A DNA stretch of 64,000 bases from Trueperaceae bacterium (lineage in GTDB: Bacteria; Deinococcota; Deinococci; Deinococcales; Trueperaceae), in contig JAXHLW010000011.1 of assembly GCA_034521815.1 (NCBI GenBank), positions 1-64,000 on the forward strand, in the 5' to 3' direction. The notes beneath the pieces were generated by a model, which was given only the letters and a program-made list of their open reading frames with translations, was not told where the DNA came from and searched no databases. This document shows positions 35,225-44,792 of the stretch, piece after piece. A program made the translations under genes and the position numbers. How positions within the stretch are numbered: the stretch's first letter is position 1; each line of letters begins with the position of its first letter.

Positions 35225-35254
35225 ACTATCGCACCGGGGAACCGTCCCTGTCAA
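35225..35254 (-). promoter_or_regulatory. Sigma-A promoter for the S-layer-like gene (TTGACA-18-GATAGT, extended TG)
   Basis: Reverse complement reads ttgacagggacggttccccggtgcgatagt. Confidence 0.6.
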
Positions 35255-35408
35255 CGAACATTTCACGTTTTCGGCCTCGCGCGTGAGCGAATTCACGTGC
35301 ATACCGGGGTGGACGTGGGTATCGCAGCTCGCCCATGACGTCGTCGCCCCTCGATGCGCGCCACCAGCGAGGGTAGCCCCACCACGAAGGCCGCGCCACC
35401 ACGTTCAC

Positions 35409-36605
35409 TCACTCGTAGCGAAGCGCCTCGATCGGGCTCAGCGACGCCGCACGGCGCGCCGGCCACACGCCGAACACGACGCCGGTCAGCACGCTGACCA
35501 GGAACGCCATGCCGACGACCCACGGGTTGATCACGAACACGTCCAGGAACGGCACGAGCTGCACGATCCCCCAAAGCGTGACCAGCGAGAGCGCCACCCC
35601 GATCGTCCCGCCGATCACGGTCAGCACGACCGCCTCGATCAGGAACTGTTGGAGGATCGTGCGCGGCGTGGCGCCGAGCGCCTTGCGCAGCCCGATCTCG
35701 CGGGTGCGCTCGGTGACGCTGACCAGCATGATGTTCAGGATCCCGATGCCGCCCACCAGCAGGCTGATCGCGCCGATCCCGCCCAGCAGGGCTTGCAAGA
35801 TCACGGTGATGGTGTCGAACAACGACAGCGCGCCCTCGACCGTCTGGATCTGGTAGCTGTCCGGGGGGCGCCGGCGATCCAGGATCGAGCGGACCTGGTC
35901 CTCGACCGCACCGGCGTCCCGGTCCAGGTCGATCGAGATCGGCAGGAAGTCGTACTCGCCCCGCGGCACGCCGGGGATGTCGCGATAGAACGCCTCCAAC
36001 GGCACGTCGCCCGAGATGTCGTTCGCGAAGGTGCCCAGCGCACCCCCGATCGGCTCCTTGACGCCGATCACGGTGTACGTCGTGCGCGCGCCGCGTGCCT
36101 CGAGAAGAATCTCGCGCCCCACCGGATCGGGCTCGTCCTCGAACAGCTCCTGCCGGGCGTCGGCGGACAGCACGATGACCGCGGCGGCGCGGGCCGCGTC
36201 GCGCTCGTCGAAGTAGCGACCCTGAGCCAGCTCGATCGAGCGATCGACCTCGGGCGCGTCGGGGGTCGTGCCGTTCACCGTCACGCTCTCGCGAACATCG
36301 TCCACCACGGCCGTAACGCGCGTACTCTGCTGACGGAGGATCTGGATGGGCAGGCGCGAGAGCGCCTCGACATCGTCGTCCGTGAACCGTTCCGAATCCG
36401 GATCGTCGAACACCCGCTGCACGAACAGCGACTGCGAGCCGAACTCCTGGATCTCGGAGGTGATCCCCGCCGTGGCGATCTCGCCCAGGCTGACCGTCGC
36501 GGTGACGGCGAACACGCCGATCACGACGCCCAGCAACGTCAGCAGCGAGCGGAGCCGGTTCTCGAACAGCGCCGACAGTGCGGTCCTCAGGTTCTCGAGC
36601 AGCAT
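35409..36605 (-). CDS. MacB/FtsX-like ABC exporter permease
   Basis: NRLRSLLTLLGVVIGV, GGIGILNIMLVSVTERTREIGLRKALGA, PIEALRYE. Confidence 0.95.
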   Translation of the reverse strand: MLLENLRTALSALFENRLRSLLTLLGVVIGVFAVTATVSLGEIATAGITSEIQEFGSQSLFVQRVFDDPDSERFTDDDVEALSRLPIQILRQQSTRVTAVVDDVRESVTVNGTTPDAPEVDRSIELAQGRYFDERDAARAAAVIVLSADARQELFEDEPDPVGREILLEARGARTTYTVIGVKEPIGGALGTFANDISGDVPLEAFYRDIPGVPRGEYDFLPISIDLDRDAGAVEDQVRSILDRRRPPDSYQIQTVEGALSLFDTITVILQALLGGIGAISLLVGGIGILNIMLVSVTERTREIGLRKALGATPRTILQQFLIEAVVLTVIGGTIGVALSLVTLWGIVQLVPFLDVFVINPWVVGMAFLVSVLTGVVFGVWPARRAASLSPIEALRYE

Positions 36606-36606
36606 C

Positions 36607-37401
36607 TCATCTCCCCCACCCGGTCGCGTCGTGCGCGGCGCCGGCGCGCGACTCGGCGGCGTCGCCGACGCTCGGGCGGCGTCGCTGGGCGACGACCTCG
36701 GACGACTCGACCACGCCGTCGCGGATGTGGATGATCCGCTCGGTGTGCTCGGCGACCTCCTGCTCGTGCGTCACCATCAGGATCGTTCGGCCCTCGGCGT
36801 GCAGGGCGCCGAAGAGCGCCAGGATCTCCTGGCCGGTGCGCGAGTCCAGGTTGCCGGTGGGCTCGTCGGCCAGCAGGATGTCCGGCTCGGTCGCCAGCGC
36901 GCGTGCGATCGCCACGCGCTGCTTCTGACCGCCGGAAAGCTCGTTGGGCTTGTGGTGCAGCCGGTCGGCCAGCCCGACGCGCTCCAAGGCCTCCGTGGCG
37001 GTCGCACGCCGCGCCCGGGGGCCCAGCCCGCGGTACATGAGCGGGAGCGCGACGTTGTCGAGGGCCGACGACCTCGCCAGCAGGTTGTACGCCTGGAACA
37101 CGAACCCGATGCGGTGGTTGCGGACCTGCGACAGGCGCTCCTCGCTCAGGTCGGCGACCTCCTCGCCCGCCAGCCGGTACGAGCCCTCGCTGGGCGCGTC
37201 GAGGCAGCCCAGGATCTGCAGCAGCGTGCTCTTTCCGGAGCCGGACGGACCCATGATGGCGGCGTACTCGCCCGCAAGCACCTCGAGATCCAGGCCCCGA
37301 AGCGCATGCACCTCGACGTCGGCACCCAGACGGTAGATCTTGCGGAGGCCGCGCGCCTCGATGACCGGTGTGCTGCCGCTCGCCTCCTCCTCGGCCGTCA
37401 T
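36607..37401 (-). CDS. ABC ATP-binding protein (MacB/LolD-like)
   Basis: GPSGSGKST, IGFVFQ, LSGGQKQRVAIARAL, ADEPTGNLD, VTHE. Confidence 0.95.
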   Translation of the reverse strand: MTAEEEASGSTPVIEARGLRKIYRLGADVEVHALRGLDLEVLAGEYAAIMGPSGSGKSTLLQILGCLDAPSEGSYRLAGEEVADLSEERLSQVRNHRIGFVFQAYNLLARSSALDNVALPLMYRGLGPRARRATATEALERVGLADRLHHKPNELSGGQKQRVAIARALATEPDILLADEPTGNLDSRTGQEILALFGALHAEGRTILMVTHEQEVAEHTERIIHIRDGVVESSEVVAQRRRPSVGDAAESRAGAAHDATGWGR

Positions 37402-38745
37402 GATCCGCCTGGCGGCGTGAACCGCACCGGCGCGCCGTCCTCGAGCTCGTCGATGCCGACGACCGCGAGCGTGTCGCCGTCCGACAGGCCTTCCGTGTCG
37501 GCGGGGTCCACCGCTGCGACGGTGGCGTTTCGGTCCACCGGATCGACCCGGACCCGTCGGGCGGTTCCGGCGCCCGGCTCGTCGGCCGCATCGATGCGGA
37601 ACACGAAGCTGTCGCCGTCCTCGTCCTCGGTGATCGCCTCGAGCGGGATCAGGAGCATGTCCGCGAGGTCCGCGATCCGGACCCGGGCGGTGACCGTGTA
37701 GCCCGGACGGACGGCCACGTCGCCCTGGAGCGCGGCCGCTCCGAACGCGAGCATCACCTCGACCTGGGCGCTGCCCGCCTCGCGGGCGGCCACCGGCGAG
37801 AGCCGGACGACCTCGGCGGGAAGGCGCAGGCGCGTGTCGGCGTCCGGCACGATGGCGGCCGGAAGCCCCACGGCCAGCTCGGCGGCGCGGTTCTCGTCGA
37901 ACGAGGCGCGGATCCGCAGATCGCTCGGATCGGCGATCGTCACGACCGACTGCGTCCCGGTCGCGTCGCCCTCCTCCACCGCGAGCGTCGCCACGACGCC
38001 ACCGAACGGCGCCGTCAGAACGGCGTCGTCGATGCGGGCCTGCAGGTTCGCGAGGTCGGTCTCGAGCCGAGCGACGTTCGCCTCGGCGCTGGCGCGCTGC
38101 GCAGCTGCCAGCGAGCGCTGATTGGAGAGGCGGCTGCGCGCCGCCGCGAGGCTCAGCTCGGCCTGCTCCAACGCCCTCGCGGCCGAGTCGCGCGCGTCGC
38201 TCACGTCGCGAAGCTCGTCGCGCGAGGCGGCGCCGAGCTCCAACAGCCGTTGGACCCGCTCGACGTCCGCTTCGCGGCTTCGCAGCTCGGCGACGGCTTG
38301 CAGGCGCCGGTCTTCGCCCTGCACGACCACCGATTCGGCGTCGAGCCGGTCGACGTTCAGCTGCGCCAGCGTCCGCTCGAGCTCGGCGCGAGCCGACTGC
38401 AGCGAGGCGCGTGTGGACGCCACGTTGCGCTCCAGCTCGGCGACGTCCAGACGGATCAGCGGCTGTCCCTCGCTCACCGCGTCGCCTTCCTCGACCAGGA
38501 CGCCCGAGACGGTGCCGCCGGCGCTGAACGCGAGCCCACGTTCGCGCGTCGCCTCGATCGTCCCGCTGCCGGTCACCTCCCGAACGAAGCGGCCGCTCTC
38601 GACCGGCTCGACCACGACCTGCTGGGCCGGCGCTCCGCCGCGGCCCCGGAGCGCGACCGGTGGCGACGGCCGCGCTCGCGATCACGATCAGGACGATCCA
38701 GATGACGCGGCGGCGACGCCGTCGCGGACGGTTCTCACGGCTCAT
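37398..38745 (-). CDS. Periplasmic adaptor (MacA/HlyD MFP; frameshift near 38650)
   Basis: N-terminal TM, lipoyl halves (VLVEEGDAV, APFGGVV), alpha-hairpin, LLIPLEAI. Confidence 0.88.
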
Positions 38746-39863
38746 GACCCTGCCCCGAGAATCGTCGCCTCGAGCGAGCGGAGCGCGTCGGCCAGCCCGT
38801 TGCGTGCGACACGAGCCTCGGCCGTCCGGCGCAGCAGGTCCAGCCGGGCCCTTTCCAACGCGACCTCGGCGATCGACCCCGCCTCGAAGCGGACGCTGGC
38901 GACCCGCACGTCCTCCTCGGCGGTCGCGACCTGCTCGCGGGCGCTGGCCAGCCGACCCTCGGCGGCCAGCACGGCGTTGTGCGCCTGCCGAACGGCCAGC
39001 GTGAGGCTGCTCTGCAGATCGTCGGTCCGGAGCCGGGCCGAGGCCAGCCGGTCGCGCGCGGCCTCGATGTCCGCGCGCGCCACGGTGAACGCGACGTCGA
39101 CGGCCTCGAGGCGCGCCTGGGCCACCACGACCGCGCGACGGGACGAGCGCAGCGACGCGTTCTCGTCCAGGCGGGACGTCGCCGCGTCCAGGTCCGGCAC
39201 GACCGGCTCACGGTCGGCGCCTTCGAGGGTCGGAAGGTCGCCGACCGCGCCCAGGCGCACCGCCAGCCGATCGAGGGCCAGCTCGAGCGCCTGACCGGCG
39301 TCGCGCAGGTCGCGCTCGGCGCTTCGGACGACGTCCTGAGCGCGCGCCACGTCGCTCTCCGTGGCGGCGCCCGCTTCCAGCCGGATCTCGGCGGCGCGCG
39401 CCTCGACGCGAGCGATACGCAGCGCCACCTCGGCGATGGCCACGGAGTCCTGCGCCTCCAACGCCGCCTCGAAGGCGTCCGCGGCCGCGTCCCGCGCGGA
39501 CGATTCGGCGTTTCGAAGCGCGTCTCGGGCCGCCTCGACGTCGTGCCGCGCGGTCAGCGTCGGCACGCGCAGGCTGGTGGGATCCGCCTCGACCCGCGCG
39601 GCCTCGCGCTGGGCCGCGTCCAGGTCGAGTCGCGCCGTACGGACCTCGGCCGACGCCTGGACGGCCCGGTCCATGGCGGTGGCGAGGTCCAGAGCCTCGG
39701 CGGGCGCCTGGCCCCTTGCCGGAGCGAGCATCGGAACGAGCAGCACCAGGCCGAGAAGCAGGCTCAGAAAGCGAGGCACGACTCGGTCGAGCGCGGTTCG
39801 GTCAGGCGCGATGCGGTCGGGCGCGATGCGATGGGTCACGGTTCGGTCGGTCATCACGGTCAC
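38742..39863 (-). CDS. TolC-family outer-membrane efflux protein (second copy; start uncertain)
   Basis: Signal peptide; two OEP repeats RLEAGAAT and RFEAGSIA. Confidence 0.82.
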   Translation of the reverse strand: MTVMTDRTVTHRIAPDRIAPDRTALDRVVPRFLSLLLGLVLLVPMLAPARGQAPAEALDLATAMDRAVQASAEVRTARLDLDAAQREAARVEADPTSLRVPTLTARHDVEAARDALRNAESSARDAAADAFEAALEAQDSVAIAEVALRIARVEARAAEIRLEAGAATESDVARAQDVVRSAERDLRDAGQALELALDRLAVRLGAVGDLPTLEGADREPVVPDLDAATSRLDENASLRSSRRAVVVAQARLEAVDVAFTVARADIEAARDRLASARLRTDDLQSSLTLAVRQAHNAVLAAEGRLASAREQVATAEEDVRVASVRFEAGSIAEVALERARLDLLRRTAEARVARNGLADALRSLEATILGAGS

Positions 39864-41302
39864 TCCAGGCTCTCAGGGTCGACGGCGAGTGCGTCGAGGA
39901 GGCGGAACACGGCGAGGCGAAGGTCGTCCACGGCCCGGTCGGCGTCCAGGTCGGCGCGGCGCGTCTCGAGCTCGGCTCGAAGGACGGCCGCTTCGGAGGC
40001 GGCACCGGCCTGGGCCCGCAGCCGCACGACGCGTTCGGTCTCGCGCTGCAGCTCGGCCGCGCGTCGAGCCAGCTCGGCCAGCTCGGTGGCCACCTCGACG
40101 TCCGCGTAGGCCCGGTCGACGGCGATCCGGGCACGATCCGATACGCTAGCGCTGCGCACGCGAGCCTGCTCTTGGCCCGCCCTGACGGCGGACAAGGCGT
40201 CGGGCAGCGCGGGGCTGAACGGGATCTCGACCCGGACGCCGATCTCGAAGCGGCTGAGCGAGCCACCCGAGCCGACGCCCTGCACGCCGTCGTCCGGATC
40301 GAACGACGCGCTCAGGCTGGGCGCCAGGCGGTCGCTGTCGATCGACGCGCCCAAGCTGAACGATCGGTCCTCGTCGCCCCTCGTGAACCCGGTCTCGAGC
40401 GAGAGCGTGGGCAGGACGTCCCGGACGGACGCGGCCGCGCTGCGATCGGCCTCGGCGACGTCACGCAGGGCTGCCCGAACATCCGGCCGCCCGGCCCACG
40501 CCTCGTCGCTCCGCTCCGAAAGGGCGGGGGGCGCTGGAAGCGGCCCTTGCGGCGAAGGCACCTGTCGTCCGAGCACCGTTTCGAGCGCCCGTCGCGCCAG
40601 CGCGAGCTGCCGCAAGGCGGCGTCCCGACTCTGCCGAGCCCTCGCCAGGGCCAGCTCGGCCTCGGCGACGTCCAGGTCGCTCGCGGCTCCCGCCCTCAGG
40701 CGTTGGCGCACGGCGTCGGCCTCCAAGGCGGCCAGCGTCGCCTCGTCCTCCGCCAACGCGACCGCGGTGCGAGCCCGAATCACCGTCTGGAACGCCTCCA
40801 CCGCGTCGATCCGAGCGGATCGCGACGCCGCGGCCAGGTCGTCCCGCGCCGCAGCGACGGACGCCCGGGCCCGTGCCAGCTCGTCCGCCCCGGCGCCGCG
40901 CAGCGCCGGATCGATGCGCACCGTCAGGCCGATCGGCGCCACGTCGCCTCCGCCGAGGTCCTCCGCAGGGGCGCCGTCGGACGACACGAGCGATCCCACG
41001 CGACGGTCGTAGCCACCGGAGAGGAGAAGATCGAGCGGCACGGCGGTCGCCGACGCTTGGAAGGCGGCCCGTTCCAGCGCCAACGACGCCACCCGGACGC
41101 TGGGCGCGTCGTCCACGAGCCTCAGCAGCTCCGCGTAGCCCAGCGTCTCGCCGACGGCGGGCCCATCCTGAGCGTGAACGCCGGCCGCGACGACCACGAG
41201 GGCGACGACGACGAGAAGCAGGCGTGCGGGTCCAGCGACGTGGCCACCGCCACGGCCCCGGGGAGGCGGCGGCTCGGTGACGAAGATCGGGTCTTGCAGC
41301 AC
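39860..41302 (-). CDS. TolC-family outer-membrane efflux protein (first copy)
   Basis: Signal VVVAAGVHA-QD; OEP repeats RLRAGAAS and RAQAGAAS; RPDVRAA; beta strands. Confidence 0.8.
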   Translation of the reverse strand: MLQDPIFVTEPPPPRGRGGGHVAGPARLLLVVVALVVVAAGVHAQDGPAVGETLGYAELLRLVDDAPSVRVASLALERAAFQASATAVPLDLLLSGGYDRRVGSLVSSDGAPAEDLGGGDVAPIGLTVRIDPALRGAGADELARARASVAAARDDLAAASRSARIDAVEAFQTVIRARTAVALAEDEATLAALEADAVRQRLRAGAASDLDVAEAELALARARQSRDAALRQLALARRALETVLGRQVPSPQGPLPAPPALSERSDEAWAGRPDVRAALRDVAEADRSAAASVRDVLPTLSLETGFTRGDEDRSFSLGASIDSDRLAPSLSASFDPDDGVQGVGSGGSLSRFEIGVRVEIPFSPALPDALSAVRAGQEQARVRSASVSDRARIAVDRAYADVEVATELAELARRAAELQRETERVVRLRAQAGAASEAAVLRAELETRRADLDADRAVDDLRLAVFRLLDALAVDPESLE

Positions 41303-41472
41303 GATGGAACTCCGTTCAGGGGGCTCGAGGTGGCGCACGAAGCGCGCAGAGGGGCGTGCGGCGATCGCCACGAGACCGTATCGCCACGAGACCGTAGGGA
41401 CGAGCATGACGGATGGATCGGCCGCCGTCCTCCACCCTCCGACGGAGACGGGACCGACAGCGGCACCGGAGC

Positions 41473-42660
41473 TCAGCCCAACACGTCCCGGTGGCGACGG
41501 AACACGTGAACCGCCAGCAGCGCGGCAGGCACCAGGAACGCATAGCTCGTCGCCAACGCCGGCACGATGCCGACCGCCTGCTGAAGCGCGCCGAAGGCGA
41601 CGTACGCCACCCCGGCCACGCCCCAGGTGAAGCCCATCAGCATGCCCGACGCCGTCGCGACCGCGTTGGGCGCCAGATCCTGTGCACTGAGCACCAGCAG
41701 CGGGATCGGCGCGTTCGTGAATCCTCCTGCGGCGGCCACCACGAGGTAGAACGCGACGGTGCCGGGCGTGAGCACGAGCGTGAGCAGCATCAGCGGCAAG
41801 GCCAGCGTCATCGCGCCGACGATCAGTCGGCCACGACCGACGTACGGCTCCAACGAGCCGGCGATCACCAGCCCCGCCGACGCCGCGATCTGGTACGTGG
41901 CCAGCGTGAAGCCCAGGATGCCGGCGTCCGCCGCGAAGCCACGCACGTTCACCAGGTACAGGGGCATGGCGTTCAGGAAGCTGATGTAGGCGACGGCCCG
42001 AAGAATGCCGACCCCTGCCAGCAGGCCCACCGGACCGGCGAACAGCTCGCGGTCGAACAGCTTGGGCCTCGCGTGACGTTCCGGCCGGGTCTGCTCCGGC
42101 GCGAGCGTCAACAGCGCGACGCCCAGCACCACCCCGATCGGAGCGAGCCACGGGATCGCCCAAGGCCCGTAGCTGCGCAGCAGCCACAGCGCGACGACCG
42201 GCATGACCGCCGACCCCAGCGGACCGCCCGAGCCGAACACGCCGATCGCCAGGCCCTTGCGTTTGCCCGCCTGCCGCGCCATGGACGCGGCGGCCGGATG
42301 GAACAGCGCCGATCCGAGACCGCCGATCGCGAGGACCAGGAACAGCGCCCAGACGGTCGGCACGACCACGAGCAGGCTCATCAGCGAGGAGCCGACGATC
42401 AACCCCGCCGCGGCGGCGCGGCGGCGGCCCCAGCGGTCCGCCAGCGCTCCCGCGAACGCCTGCAGCACGTTCGACGAGAACGAGATCAGGGCGACGAATC
42501 CGGCCAGCGCCGCCTCGCCCAGGCCGAAGCGGATCTGGAGGGTCGGCAGGAACACCGGCAGGATGTTCGCGAAGGCGTCGTTGACGGCGTGCGCCGTGGT
42601 GAGCAGGACCGTCAGGCCGGCGGCCCCCAGGGCGGTGCGGCGAGCGACGAGACGCGTCAT
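41473..42660 (-). CDS. MFS transporter (Fsr-like)
   Basis: HAVNDAF, GALADRWGRR, GLGSALFHP. Confidence 0.9.
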   Translation of the reverse strand: MTRLVARRTALGAAGLTVLLTTAHAVNDAFANILPVFLPTLQIRFGLGEAALAGFVALISFSSNVLQAFAGALADRWGRRRAAAAGLIVGSSLMSLLVVVPTVWALFLVLAIGGLGSALFHPAAASMARQAGKRKGLAIGVFGSGGPLGSAVMPVVALWLLRSYGPWAIPWLAPIGVVLGVALLTLAPEQTRPERHARPKLFDRELFAGPVGLLAGVGILRAVAYISFLNAMPLYLVNVRGFAADAGILGFTLATYQIAASAGLVIAGSLEPYVGRGRLIVGAMTLALPLMLLTLVLTPGTVAFYLVVAAAGGFTNAPIPLLVLSAQDLAPNAVATASGMLMGFTWGVAGVAYVAFGALQQAVGIVPALATSYAFLVPAALLAVHVFRRHRDVLG

Positions 42661-42883
42661 CCGCGCAGTGTACGCAGGAACGCTGCGAGCCGCTCGTACG
42701 TCGGCGACGACGGGCACCCCGGCCAGGACTCGTCGGCCGGGACTCGTCGGTCGCCGGGGACGGTCGACGTCGGTCGTTCTCCGGCATACGCTCCGCCGTG
42801 CACGCGCTACGCGTGGGTGCGGCTCGCTCGCGCCAGGCGCTGGCCTGCGCAGACGCGGTGCGGAGCCTTCGGAGGTCGCCTTC

Positions 42884-43846
42884 ATGATCCATCCTCGCTA
42901 CGTTCGCGTCTTTCTCACCCTCTCCCTCGCCTCGCTCTGCCTCGTCGCCACGGCGTCCCTCGAGCCGCTACTTCTCGGCGGCCGTCACGAGCTGGCTGCG
43001 GCCGAGACGCACGATGGCACGGTGACGGTGATCGCCGGCGACCTGACGATCGCGGCGGGCGCCCGCCTGGACGGCGCGCTGACCCTGATCGGCGGCCGGC
43101 TGGCGCTGCTCGGCACGGTGGACGGCACGGTCCACGCGTACGGCGCGACGGTCGAGCTGCGCGACGGCTCGCGCATCGGCGGCTCGCTGGAGCTCACAGC
43201 GTCGGAGCTGGTGCGCGACGGGGGCTCGGTGGTGACCGGCGCCGTCCATCGCGACGCGGACTGGCGTGTGGACATCGACGTTCCGCGCGACTGGGAGCGC
43301 GCCCTGCCCCGCGGCCGCACGCTGCCTTGGACGGTCCCCACCGCCGCGGTCGGTACGGACCTGCAGGCGTTCTGGATCGTGCTGCAGGCCGGGCTGATGG
43401 CGCTCCTCGCGTTCGTGCTGGCGCGCCTGGCGCCGTTCCGGCTGGACCGGATCGGCGACGCGGTCGTGGGCGACCCGGTCCGAGCTGGGCTGAGCGGTCT
43501 GCTGGCCGCCGTGGTGACGGCGCTGGCCGCCGCGCTGCTGGCCGTCACCCTGATCGGCATCCCGGTCGCGATGCTGGTGGCCCTGGCCGCGTGGCTGGCG
43601 ACGCTGCTGGGCTTGGCCGCGATGGCGGACCGGCTGGGCCAGCGGACGTGGCCCGAGGGCCGCGACCGGGGAGCCCGCGCCGCCCTGGGCGGATTCCTGT
43701 TGGGCCTCGGATGGGCGGCGCTGGCCTTCGTTCCGATCCTGGGCGGTCCCGTCCGCTCGGTCGCTGGCCTGGTCGCGCTCGGCGCCGTCGTCCGCACCCG
43801 CGTGGGAGAGGGATCGCGACGGCCGGCGACGTCCCCTGAGCGCTGA
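42884..43846 (+). CDS. Membrane protein with N-terminal bactofilin-like (polymer-forming) beta-helix
   Basis: Repeating G-V/L beta-helix pattern (GDLTI..GARLDGALTLIGG..GTVDGTV), then TMs with TLIGIPV. Confidence 0.65.
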   Translation: MIHPRYVRVFLTLSLASLCLVATASLEPLLLGGRHELAAAETHDGTVTVIAGDLTIAAGARLDGALTLIGGRLALLGTVDGTVHAYGATVELRDGSRIGGSLELTASELVRDGGSVVTGAVHRDADWRVDIDVPRDWERALPRGRTLPWTVPTAAVGTDLQAFWIVLQAGLMALLAFVLARLAPFRLDRIGDAVVGDPVRAGLSGLLAAVVTALAAALLAVTLIGIPVAMLVALAAWLATLLGLAAMADRLGQRTWPEGRDRGARAALGGFLLGLGWAALAFVPILGGPVRSVAGLVALGAVVRTRVGEGSRRPATSPER

Positions 43847-43854
43847 GGCGCGCC

Positions 43855-44637
43855 TCAGCGGCTCGCGGTGGTCTGATTGACGCTGAACACGGCTCCGAAC
43901 GGGTCGGTGACGACCGCGATCCGACCGTACTCGGTGTCGAACGGGCGCACGGAGACCGTGCCGCCCGCCTCTTCGGCCGTACGGGCGGCGGCGTCGCAAT
44001 CCTCGACCTCGAAGTACGGCATCCAGTGCGGGGGCACGCCCTCCCACTCGGCGGTCATCTCGAGAATGCCGGCCACCGCCTCGTCGTCCTTCCAGAGCAC
44101 GTAGTACACGGTCGGGACGGCGTCGCTCTCCAGCCGGCGGGCCTCGACGCCCATCAGCGCTTGGTAGAACGCCCGCGCGGTCTCGCCGTCGGGCACGTTC
44201 ACCTCGCACCAGCCCATCGTTCCGTGCTCGTGCGTGACGCCGAACCCGTCGTGCGCCAACGGCTGCCATAGCCCGAACACCGCGCCTCCGGGGTCTTTGG
44301 CGATCGCCATGTGGCCCATGCCGGGCACCTCCATCGGTCCGTCCAGCACCGATCCCCCGAGCTCGGTCACGCGGTCGGCCATCGCCGCGGCGTCCCCGGC
44401 CGCGAGGTACACCGTCCAGGCGGGCGGCGTCGTCGCACCGTCGGGCCGCTGTCCGATCCCCGCCGCGGAACGTCCGTCGACGAGCGCCATGTGGTAGTGC
44501 CCGTACTCGGGGCCGCTGACGTCGTACGTCCAGCCGAACAGCCGAGCGTAGAACGCTGCGGCCTCCGCGGCGTCGGGCGCGACCAGATCGAACCAGCAGG
44601 GGGTGCCAGGCGTAGGTGCTCGGTCGTGACGGGTCAT
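43855..44637 (-). CDS. VOC family protein (double glyoxalase domain)
   Basis: PCWFDL, FYARLFGW, DPGGAVFGLWQ, WCEV, DPFGAVF; AAGGAGG RBS. Confidence 0.92.
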   Translation of the reverse strand: MTRHDRAPTPGTPCWFDLVAPDAAEAAAFYARLFGWTYDVSGPEYGHYHMALVDGRSAAGIGQRPDGATTPPAWTVYLAAGDAAAMADRVTELGGSVLDGPMEVPGMGHMAIAKDPGGAVFGLWQPLAHDGFGVTHEHGTMGWCEVNVPDGETARAFYQALMGVEARRLESDAVPTVYYVLWKDDEAVAGILEMTAEWEGVPPHWMPYFEVEDCDAAARTAEEAGGTVSVRPFDTEYGRIAVVTDPFGAVFSVNQTTASR

Positions 44638-44792
44638 GATGGTGTCCTCCTTCGTCCCGGAGCTCCGGGAGGCCAGCCTACGCTGCGGCGCGCCGGCGCG
44701 CCGTGCGACCGTACGTCGCCCGATCGTCACGACGCGCGCTGGCATCGCACATGTATACGCGCCCTGCCCGTTCGCCGTAGACTGCTCGGACG

